A stretch of 64,000 nt of DNA from Eledone cirrhosa (Eukaryota). The position numbers and the translations under genes are program-made. Below, piece by piece: positions 54,240-64,000 of the stretch; the first letter of the stretch is position 1; each line of letters starts with the position of its first letter. The stretch spans positions 217,186,001 through 217,250,000 of the forward strand of contig OZ024740.1 of NCBI GenBank assembly GCA_964016885.1, written 5' to 3'. The notes beneath the pieces are model-generated. The model was not told where the DNA came from. It made no database searches and was given only the letters and a program-made list of their open reading frames with translations.

Positions 54240-54451
54240 TCATATTGAACAATAATCAATAGAATCAGACAAACCGACAGTATATGTTGACCCACAAAAA
54301 TCAGGTGTGTTAATTAACAACTGTACTATAGATTGTGTACAGTTGTTCCCAATGGCTGTGTGGAGTGGAGTTTCCCCATCTTTATTTTGACTATTTACAT
54401 CAGCTCCAGATGAAATCAAGGAATTCACCTCTTCATATTTGTTTCTGAACG
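54240..54451 (-). CDS. Ankyrin-repeat exon (FRNKYEEVNSLISSGADVNSQNKDGETPLHTAIGNN...)
   Basis: Canonical GADVN..DGETPLH.A motif; TTTTTCTCTATAG acceptor; 3' boundary uncertain (stop at 54240 or an earlier GTTTGT donor). Confidence 0.7.
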
Positions 54452-54489
54452 CTATAGAGAAAAATTCAAATATACATACATAGGAAGTG

Positions 54490-54700
54490 AAGGCACATGG
54501 GTTAGTGGTTAGTGTGTAATACTCAAGATCATAAGGTTGTGAGTTTGATTCCTGGTGGTGTCATGTGTCCTTGAGCAAGGCACTTTATTTTATGATGCTC
54601 CAGTCTACTCAGCTGGCAAAAACGAGTTGTACCAGTAATACAAAGAGTCAGTCATGTTAAACTGCTTATCCTTGAGAACTACGTTAGGGGTACACATTTA
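54490..54700 (+). mobile_element. tRNA-derived CORE-type SINE
   Basis: TGGGTTAGTGGTTAG A box, GAGTTTGATTCC B box, GTGTCCTTGAGCAAGGCACTT core. Confidence 0.75.
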
Positions 54701-56029
54701 TGTCTGTAAAGTGGTTGGTGATAGGAAGGATATCAAGGCTAAGATACTGGAATAACCAAGCACCCTCAGCTAGGAGCATCAACTGATACATCAGTGAAGC
54801 CTGGGGATGGTGAGACTAAGATGCTGGAATAGCCAAGCACCCTCATCACCTGATACATTGGTAAGGGAAGTCACCAACAAGAACAAGAGCCTCATTGTCA
54901 ATGGCTGCCAACTCCCCATGAAAGTATGAAATGCAATAAAAAGTATAGAAACAGTTGTGAATATCCATGGCAATCTATCTGCCTGACTAGCTACCCCACC
55001 TCTCTCTCTCTATATATATATCAGTTTTACATCCGTCTTTCCACGCTTGCATGGGTTAAAGTACACCGAATACACTCTGTAAAGTGGTTGTGTTAATGTC
55101 ATGATATATATATATATATAAGAGGAATCAGATGCAGTGTGCAGGAGAGGAGATTGCGCTGGTATGGACATGTGATGCATATGAAGGATAACAGCTGTAC
55201 AAAAAGGGGCAGAGTACTCAAAGTTGATGGAAGCCATGGATTGGGGAGACGCAAGAAGACTTGGGATGAAGTGATAAAAGTTGACCTTGCCCAATTGCAC
55301 CTCTAAAAGGCGATGACACAGGACCGGAATCTCTGACGTTATGCAGTAATACAGAAGACCCGACTTCCCATGGGCACTGACTGAAGATGAATCATATGTA
55401 TTATATGCACCAACCCACCCACTCCCACCATACCTCACCCCCACACATACATCCAGTGAAGCCTGCAGCCCACACCATAAAGTGGTCATGATGGCGACCT
55501 GACAAAAAGGACCCAGCCCACATTGTAAAGTGGTCATGGCAAAAAGCACCCATTCCATGCTGTAAAGTGGTTGTGTAGGCGTCACAACAAACAAAAAGCA
55601 CTCAGTACTCACTGTAAATGAGGTTGGTGCTAGGAAGGGCATCCAGCTGTAGAAACGAAGCCAAAATCAATTCTGTATGAGCATGATATGGTCACCTGAC
55701 CTGGCATTGCTCACAACAGGATAATGCTAGCATGGAAAAATTGTTAAATTGTGATGATGATGATATATAAAGGGTAAAGACCTCCTTCAGTCACAAATGA
55801 CTGGGATTTGCACCTAGAAAGTTTCCCTCCGAGGCATGAGTGCAGACAAGGTTGTTAGTGGAAGACCACCAGCCCATGCATACCAGTCTCCTCTCTCCAT
55901 GCCACCTATGTTGTCTAAGGGAAAGGCAATGGCTGATACAGCTTGGCAGCAGTGACGTGACAACATATATAACTAGATATATATATATACGTGCCTTATA
56001 TATACAATATCACCTTGATTACCTTCACC

Positions 56030-56492
56030 AACCAGTCTGTTGAGCGTCCATTCGGCGCCGCTGGTCACAGCACGCCGTCCATTCCTCTCTGGATCGTGCT
56101 TTCCCCATCCATGTAGACCCGATCGTATTCTTAAAATCGTAACTCGACCCTCGTGGAGGCCTTCCGAGTGGTCGTTTCCGCTCGTGCAGGTACCACTCAG
56201 CAACTGCGCAGGTCCACCGATTATCGGTGAACTGGGCGACGTGTCCAGCCCATCTGAACTTGCTGCACATATATTCCGTGATGACGTCCCTCACGCCGGA
56301 CTTCTGTTTGATGACTTCACTCCTGATGTGCTCTCTCAACGAGATTCCTAGCATTGATCTCTCCATGGCTCTTTGAGCCGTTACCAGCCTCTGCTCTTCT
56401 CTCTTCGTTGTAGCCCAAGTTTCACTGCCATATAACATTGCAGGTAAAACTGTGCTATTGAAGAGGTTGGCGCGGGTGGTCTTGTCAACATC
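56030..56492 (-). mobile_element. RTE LINE 3' fragment of a second subfamily
   Basis: LPAMLYGSETW..QRAMERSMLGISLR..KFRWAGHVAQ..DNRWT..KRPLGRPP. Confidence 0.88.
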
Positions 56493-56759
56493 ATATATAG
56501 TGTATATATATATATATACACTATATATGATGTTGTCCAAGGGAAAGGCAATGGCTGATACAGCTTGGCACCAGTGATGCCACAACTCATTTCTACAGCT
56601 GAATAAACCTGAGCAACGTGAAATAAAGAGTCTTGCTCAAAGATACAACGCATCACCCGGTCTGAGTATCAAACTCACAACCTACCGATTACAAGTCCAA
56701 TTCTCTAATCACTAAGCTATATCTGTCTGTCCGGCCGGCAGTCCATCTCTATCATCATC

Positions 56760-57250
56760 ATCATCATCATCATCATTATTATTTTTACATTCACTGGTAT
56801 GGGTTGGACATGTTGTCAGTGTCTATGATTAAATGAATCATTTTGCTCATACATTCCATATTTGGCATGTTTCTACTGCTGGATGTCCAACCAAACACCA
56901 ACCAATTTACAGAGTGTATTAGGTGTATTTTATCATGGCACCAACACTACCATTTTACAGACTGTACTGGGTCTATTTTATTGTGACACCAGCACTATCA
57001 CTTTACAGAGTGTACTGGATGTATTTTATTGTGACACCAACACTACCACTTTACAGAATATACAGGTTATATTTTATCATGGCACCAACACTACCATTTT
57101 ACAGAGTGTGCAGGTTATTTTATCATGGCACCTGCACTATCACTTTACAGACTGTACTAGGTGTATTTTATTGTGGCACCACCACTACCACTTTACAGAA
57201 TGTACTGGCTGTATTTTATTGTGGCACCACCACTACCACTTTACAGAGTT
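56760..57250 (-). mobile_element. RTE-associated short element with expanded ~45-48 bp internal tandem repeat
   Basis: About 8 units of CCACTTTACAGAGTGTACTGGGTGTATTTTATTGTGGCACCAACACTA following TTTCTAC.GCTGGATG and a (CAT)n tail. Confidence 0.7.
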
Positions 57251-58259
57251 TCTAAAGTGTGTCTTAAGCCCGGAGGCTCACCAGTCGAGTTCTTATCCCA
57301 GGTTCTGTGGAGCTAAGTGACTGAGAGTACATGACTCCCCCCTGGACAAAGCACCAGTCAAACACAGGGTTAAACTCCCAGCTATAGCTGGTACTCATTT
57401 TCAGCTGAGTATATAGGAACAATGGAAAAGGAAGTGTTTTGTTCAAGAACACAATACACAACTCAGTCCAGGAATCGAACCCATGGCATTATGATTGTAG
57501 GCCATATGCCTCTAGGTGCATTCTATCATGTCACCAATGTTGTCTTGGTGTGTTCACTCAACACTATATGGTGTTGAGGTAGGGCTATTATGTGTGAACC
57601 ACTGGGGCAGGTTAAGGTCACTCTACACTCCATGTAGTCTCCAAACACTCACTATATTTACTTTCAGTGTCACAGTGCTTGAACTGATAAGTCTTTTATA
57701 TTATGACATATCACCTGTCAGTTTGATCCCATGTCTTCTACTTTGGGAGGTACAATTTCTTAAGGTCGTTCTTCACAACTTCATCCCATGTTCTTCCCTT
57801 GTCTCCCTCATCCCTAATTTCTACCCCTTTCAAGTTCTCAGCACTTTTTTTTACACAACTCACGCTCTCCTTACATCACATGCTCATACCTGTGCAATTA
57901 TCTCTCTTTCACTTTACATTCAATTCTTCTTATTCCCAGATATTCTCTCAGTTTACATGTGCTCTGTAGTTCCTGTACACTAGCATTACACATTCAGTTT
58001 AGCCTGTATGCCTTGTTGCTTATTAGTGTCTGCAGATCCTCAGCTTCTATGTATACATACATATGCATATACACTTACACATATATATGTCTGTGTGTGT
58101 GTGTGATAATAACACTTCATATAACAGATTAATGCTATAGACATATGAATTGGAATGTTTAAATTATTTACTTTTTACGACTTTAATTGGTTAAATATTA
58201 ATATGACAACACCCATAGTGTTGTACTTCTGGCAATTCTGCCGGATACACTGCCAAGGA

Positions 58260-58823
58260 TGAACCTTTTCCCCTCGGCGTCAGATATCCCGTTTGATTTC
58301 CGGTGAGACCATGTTTTGCCATGTCCATTAACAAGTCACAAGGGCAAACAATGTCGGTGGCAGGCATCCATTTGGGGGAGCCATGCTTCTCCCATGGCCA
58401 ACTTTATGTTGCCTGTTCCTGCGTAGGGAGCAGGAATGGACTTTTTGCTTACACTCCTCAAGGGATGACACGCAATATCGTCTACAAAGAGGTGCTATAG
58501 ATGTTGGTGCAGGTGTTGGAGGTGTTGGAGCTATGCCGTCTGGAAAACTATTTCCTGGTAGGGTCACCCATGGTGGATAGATATGACACCCAGCGGCATC
58601 AGGGCCACCATCTTGCAACTTTGGTCTGCTAAATTCGCTATTGGAAGATTATTAACCCATCATTGATTGTCCAAAATGCTAATTGGTTCGTAACTTTTAA
58701 TAACTGGTTCAACTGCTTTATGCACTTAATTGATAAGCTTATTCGTTTTCAAGCCACGTTTACCTGTATGTAACTTTTCATAGCAAATGAACAAACCCGA
58801 GCAACGCCGGGCTAAACTGCTAG
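58260..58823 (+). mobile_element. Helitron 3' part (helicase C-terminus + terminus)
   Basis: FAMSINKSQGQT..FSHGQLYVACS..TRNIVYKEVL; 3' hairpin CCCGAGCAACGCCGGG followed by CTAG-T at 58820-58824. Confidence 0.9.
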
Positions 58824-59329
58824 TATATATATATATATATATAGATATATATATATATATATAAAGAGAGAGAGCTTTATCTGTGTATATCTATTTTTCT
58901 CTCTCTTTATAATAAGCTTTCTCTCTGTACACACACATACTATATATATATATGTCATCATCATCATCGTTTAACGTCTATCTTGCACGCTAGCATGGGT
59001 TTAGAGAGTGTATATATATATATGTGTGTATGTATATATATATATCTGTATATATATGTATGTGTACACAAGAAGGCAGAGTTGAAATAAGAGTTGCAGT
59101 TAACACTCTCTGTCTTTCTCTCTCTCTCTAAATCACTAATGTAATCTTTCTTCTGATTTAAAATAATCTCACCTGTTTATTTACACACGTCTCTCATTTC
59201 TGTTTCATTTTTAATATCAATACTATATTTAATTTTCTTGTCTATTTCTCTATTTCTCATTTAAATCTGTTCTGTTTCATTTTTAATATGTGATCTGCCA
59301 TGCACTCTTTAATGTCTGTTCTACTTTCT

Positions 59330-59480
59330 CTGAACATGGCCTTTTCTGTCACCACTCAGCAGGGTTTGGTTTCCTCCTGGTCACCTCTGAACATGGCTTT
59401 TTTGTCACCACTCAGCGGGGTTTGGTTTCCTCCTGGTCACCTCTGTACATGGCCTTTTCTGTCACCACTCAGCAGGGTTT
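59330..59480. repeat. ~56-57 bp tandem repeat, ~2.5 copies
   Basis: CTGAACATGGCCTTTTCTGTCACCACTCAGCAGGGTTTGGTTTCCTCCTGGTCACCT. Confidence 0.85.
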
Positions 59481-60249
59481 TACATCCCCTGTAAATGTGT
59501 GATGGTTGTTGTTAGAGAGAGACCCTGCAAGAAGGTTTGGCACTAAATGAGGTCTAATACAGGGTTGTGTGGCCCCTGTTGTTAAATCAAGAGACGGTTG
59601 TTATTGTTAGAGAGAGAGACCATGGTTGTGGATTTCAATTCCAAGTGACGCTGTATCTTATATTTGCTGATCATTTTGGCTCTAAAAACTGTTTGAAGGT
59701 TTCTTAATGTTGTAGCTACCACACTGCAATTCATTGAGTAGTTTCTTACATATAGCACATATGTTCACCGAGGCGTCATCATATGTGTCGTTTGATTGTT
59801 GGTAACAATGTGAGGGATGAAATTCATCTTTCAATTCCTAGAAATAGCTGCTAACTGCCTGACCAGCTTGAAACAGAATTCCTCACACAGGTAAGTCGTT
59901 TTCTCTCACATTTAAAAAAACAAACAACTATTTCAGTTTATTTTATTCAATAAATTCTATAAGAAAATTTTTCCTCAGATTTAAAATAATCTCACTTGTG
60001 TTATTTACACATCTTGGCTGCTATTTCTAATGTGAATTTTCATCTGAGTTTTATTACTTGACTTTGAAAGGGTACACCACAACTACTTCTGCCACCACTG
60101 CAATAACATCAAGAACAACACTAACAACAGTAACAACACCACCACCAACAGTAATAACAACAACAACAATAGTGACAACAGCAACTGTAATAACAAGAAC
60201 AACAATAACAACACCAACAGCAACAGGGACACTAACAACAACAATAAAA

Positions 60250-63145
60250 ACAAGTGTGTAAATTTTGAAAATATTTATCTCTCATATTGAAAGAAAGCAA
60301 AATGTTGATTTGTTCCATGTCCAAAAATTGTGATACTGAGGATTAATTGTAAGTTACTGTCTATAGATACTTGGTAACTATTGATAATGTCTTCATCATC
60401 TTCTGTGGCTGATGATATATAAATATTTTCACTATGTGTTGTGAGACACAGTCTGTGGTATTTCTAATTTCCTGACCAACTGCTGATCTCCGTACCAACA
60501 GATATATCTGTACCACCACCTCCTCTCCTCTGACTTGACAACAACAATGTCTTCACTTGATGTGACACCAACTGCTAAGACTGTCTCATTCTCATCCTTC
60601 TCCCTATCATACTCTACCTACCTTCACCCTTTGATACTCCCCTTTCACCCTCTCATACTCTTCCTCTCATACTCCCCCTCCATCCTCTTATACTTTTCCT
60701 TCATCCTCTCATACTGTCCCTCTATATACTCCCCCCTCACCCTCCCTCTTCGTCCTCTCATCCTTTCTAACCAACACTGTATTTCACTTCAAAACTGTAG
60801 ATATCAACTATATCTACATAAGGAGAGTCTCCAGGGTCATATTTAAACACATCATTATCACCATATACCTCACAGTTATATTCAAACATATTTCTATCAC
60901 CATTATAAGCACATACAAGTTGGCTGTCATTCTTTTTATAAATCAGGTTGTAGTATTTTGCCTTTCATCCTTACGGGGTCGATAAAATAAAGTACCAGTA
61001 ATGCACTGGGTAATTGCTGGCCTTGTGCCTAAAGTAGAAACAAGTATTTTACAAGGTTGATTTTTTTAATGTGAGAAATAATTTTTTTGTAAATCACCAT
61101 TTTATGATAGTAAAGGGCAATAAAACAATTATCTGACCATCTGCAAATGTCTATTGGCCTTTCTGGTAATATTTTCCCATGGATTATTTCACCTTCTGTT
61201 CTTGTTACTGTGAGAATATTTCTCAACATGAACACTGCCACATTGTCATGTAACATAATTAGTTTACTGTAGTTGATGATGTCCCTCTCATATTCCTCAA
61301 AATATTCAGTTTCATCAACTTTACATCTCTCACCATATTTAGATATATCTGGATATGTTGGATAGGAAATAGGAAACATTGTTATTCTATGGGGAAGAAA
61401 CCATACTGATATTTCATCATTTCCTAACATACACTCTACCTTGTAATTACCACGTCTCATCTCTAGTAAATTGTTAATTATTTCACTTGATGTAGTAGTA
61501 TATCTTGCTTGATTGTTTTCCAATTTCTTGTTCCTCTCAGTTATAATGGAAGGGAGCGAAAGATGATAATCCAGATTTAATGTCCCATGTTCCAGAACAT
61601 TCAATTTGTTGTCATCAATCTTTATGATATGATATTCTGTCAAGTTAATATGTAGACAGCAGTAACTATGTTCTTTTATTCTGAATATAACACCATAAGG
61701 GAGAGAACTGGACCAAACTTCACATTCTGTCAAATCTTCATTCTTTAGTTGAATTATTTTGTATTTATTAGGAAGTGTAACCATAATAAATCCTCCTTCT
61801 TCTGTAAAACAGATTCCACCAACTAAAGTTTCAACATTTCTGTGGCATAACAGTTCCCCATCTCTGAAATATTTTAACATCACCACAATTGATTATTCAA
61901 ACACAACTGTTTGTCCATCATCAGAGATGTCCATATCTTTTATTTTAACAAGGCTTTGGTCTATTTTTACACGACAAACAGGGAATGCTTCCCTATTAAG
62001 TTCATATAAACCTTCAACATATAAACAGTCTCTATCCCTGACATATCCAACAAACCTTGGACCTTTACAGTTAATACTGCTGAAATGTATGTCACCTCTA
62101 TAATGTCTTTTATTTAAAAATATTTCCCTGTATTTACCAGTCTGTGACAAACAAACAATCTGGTAATTACTGTGACTAACGTTGTTATATAATCTCCACT
62201 GTCCATAAATGTACAAATAATTGTAATCTGTTGTTATACAGGTGTTTGATGGTATTTTCTGATAATATTGTCTGTGTGAATGTAAATAACCAGTTCTACA
62301 GCTGAAAAAAGTGATATATCTACCATTGTCAAATATAATCTAATTCTTAACATTCACTACAATATTAGAGATGAGATGCTTACCATAGCTATATTGTATG
62401 TCATTGAGGAACTCAGGTATGTTTATTTCTTTCTTTACATTGACAGTTGAAAGTATTTCATCAATATCAATGACAAACAATCTATGTCTACCTCTATCTT
62501 TATATCTATCATCATCATCTGTATATATATCTACACTATTACACACTAGTTGATTGTCTAACAAAGAAGCAATACCATAATATTTATGGTCTGTCTTATA
62601 AGTTACCAAATACAATGGAAACTCCACTTCTAAAGTTAACAGTTTGTTTAAATCAGTGGTAATGACCAGTGTGTTTGACCTCCAACGACATATATGTTCA
62701 GGGAGATTGTTATTTAATTTGATAAAGTCAACAAGCTGACCATCAAATGTTAATATTTTAATGGTGGTATTATTCCTGTCATATAATGCAATCAGGTTAT
62801 TTTCAGTAATAACAACCAAACACTTCAAATCATCATAATAACTACCACCATCACCACCCACTCGTTTTGTGTCTTCTAAACATGGAGGGGGTGAAAATAT
62901 CTTAACTTTATCAGAAACTGTCAGATCCTGCAGATATAATGTAGAAGACAACATTTCACTGACACAGATGTTTCTAGAAAATACATCTACCATGTCAAAC
63001 ATGCTAGACTGTTTCTTTGTCACCAGATATACCATCACAGAGTTATGCTTATTTATAGCCAACACACCATCTTTGTCTATCAGATAATGACAAGTTTTAT
63101 CAGTACATCCACCATACAGATCAGAAAGTGGTTTAAAGTTGGGCT
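60250..63145 (-). pseudogene. Large exon of an uncharacterised tandem beta-propeller/NHL-like protein, pseudogenised
   Basis: ORFs 62340-63065, 61893-62216 and 61029-61886 are one frame broken by TAG and TAA; TTTCAG acceptor at 63147/63146; the frame resumes beyond a SINE; internal repeat (ICRW...KYY...QLVC occurs twice). Fold assignment is inferred. Confidence 0.7.
60960..61042 (+). mobile_element. 5'-truncated MetaSINE-like insertion in coding sequence
   Basis: 8-bp TSD AGTATTTT at 60952-60959 and 61043-61050. Confidence 0.9.
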
Positions 63146-63464
63146 CTGAAATAGGGCTGGGACCCCTTAAAATATGTTGGTGACCCCTTTTTTTATATAG
63201 TTTCGTACATAAATATTTTTTTCTTAGCCACCATAAATATATTTAATGTATCATTGTCTATTGCTAATGACTTTATTTGACATGGGATAGGGACCCTAGA
63301 AATTACTTCACCCTGGTTATGTTTTTGAAGAGATACAATGTCTATATAGTTTGGTTTGTTGTCACAATAACCAATAATTCTACCCTCACCAAACTTCCCT
63401 ATTTGTACATAAGGGTGGTTTAATGATATGATTCTAACTGTTTTTGATAGGTTTGTAGTAAGAT

Positions 63465-63600
63465 GCCTCTCGCCACCTAGTGCCGAATAAAGTGAACAGA
63501 GTCGTCTTCCTTGTTTGTGACGTCACAATAAAATCATCAGCAGCAATCCTCTTTGTACAAAAATTCGGAATGATTGGACGTTCGTAAAATAACCACTGCG
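63465..63600. promoter_or_regulatory. Candidate promoter or insulator cluster
   Basis: CTCF-like CGCCACCTAGTGC (63471-63483); palindromic CRE TTGTGACGTCACAA (63515-63528); reverse CCAAT (GATTGG ~63572); locally CpG-enriched. Confidence 0.4.
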
Positions 63601-64000
63601 TAATGATGGCAGAGTTAAAAACTTTACTTGCATGTTGAATTTATATATGATAAATATTCAAAAGGTATGTTACTCCATTAAAATGTTACATTCACATTGA
63701 ATAAATATGTTGTTGACTAAAAGAAACATAGTTACGTTTTCTGTTCAAGAAGATAGATATTCATTTATCTAAAGTGGTGACCAGAACGTGGAAAATGTAA
63801 CTTTTAAAAATCTTTCAACCTATTTAAGACCTTCATCTCTTTGTTAAACGTGACATTTGTTCTTTCTCTTCGGCAAAACGAACACGCAGACATATGCTGA
63901 ACTTTTCGTTCAGATGGACTCTTTCTGTCACGTCATAAAAAAATTAACAAAAAAAACATTTTAATAGTAACTTTAACGCATATTACACAAACATAGAGGG

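Overview
AT-rich, microsatellite-dense animal genomic DNA. The repeat families and the [15 protein letters not shown] zinc-finger style suggest a cephalopod (octopus-like), which is an inference. Host genes: (i) the last three coding exons of a + strand gene for a Ser-rich, probably disordered nuclear protein (7311-14654; splice phases consistent); (ii) a 13-finger C2H2 zinc-finger gene (50276-51520) whose array is cut by a TGA stop at a Cys codon; (iii) an isolated ankyrin-repeat exon (-); (iv) a large pseudogenised exon for a tandem beta-propeller-like protein (-, ~60250-63145). Most of the rest is mobile DNA: RTE, CR1, Tx1/L1-like and R4/Dong-like LINEs, MetaSINE- and CORE-type SINEs, bipartite RTE-derived short elements, Helitron remnants, and mariner, Tc2-like and hAT elements. 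The most striking unannotated signal is a family of fold-back elements inserted in (TA)n tracts (4026-4500 and 24870-25300). In each, both arms carry a complete type I hammerhead ribozyme motif, with structure-preserving substitutions between the two copies. A GC-rich, multi-hairpin, U-tract-terminated candidate ncRNA (45374-45922) and a perfect 220-bp inverted duplication (44128-45098) are also unexplained. All calls were made by eye, with no database searches or folding programs.
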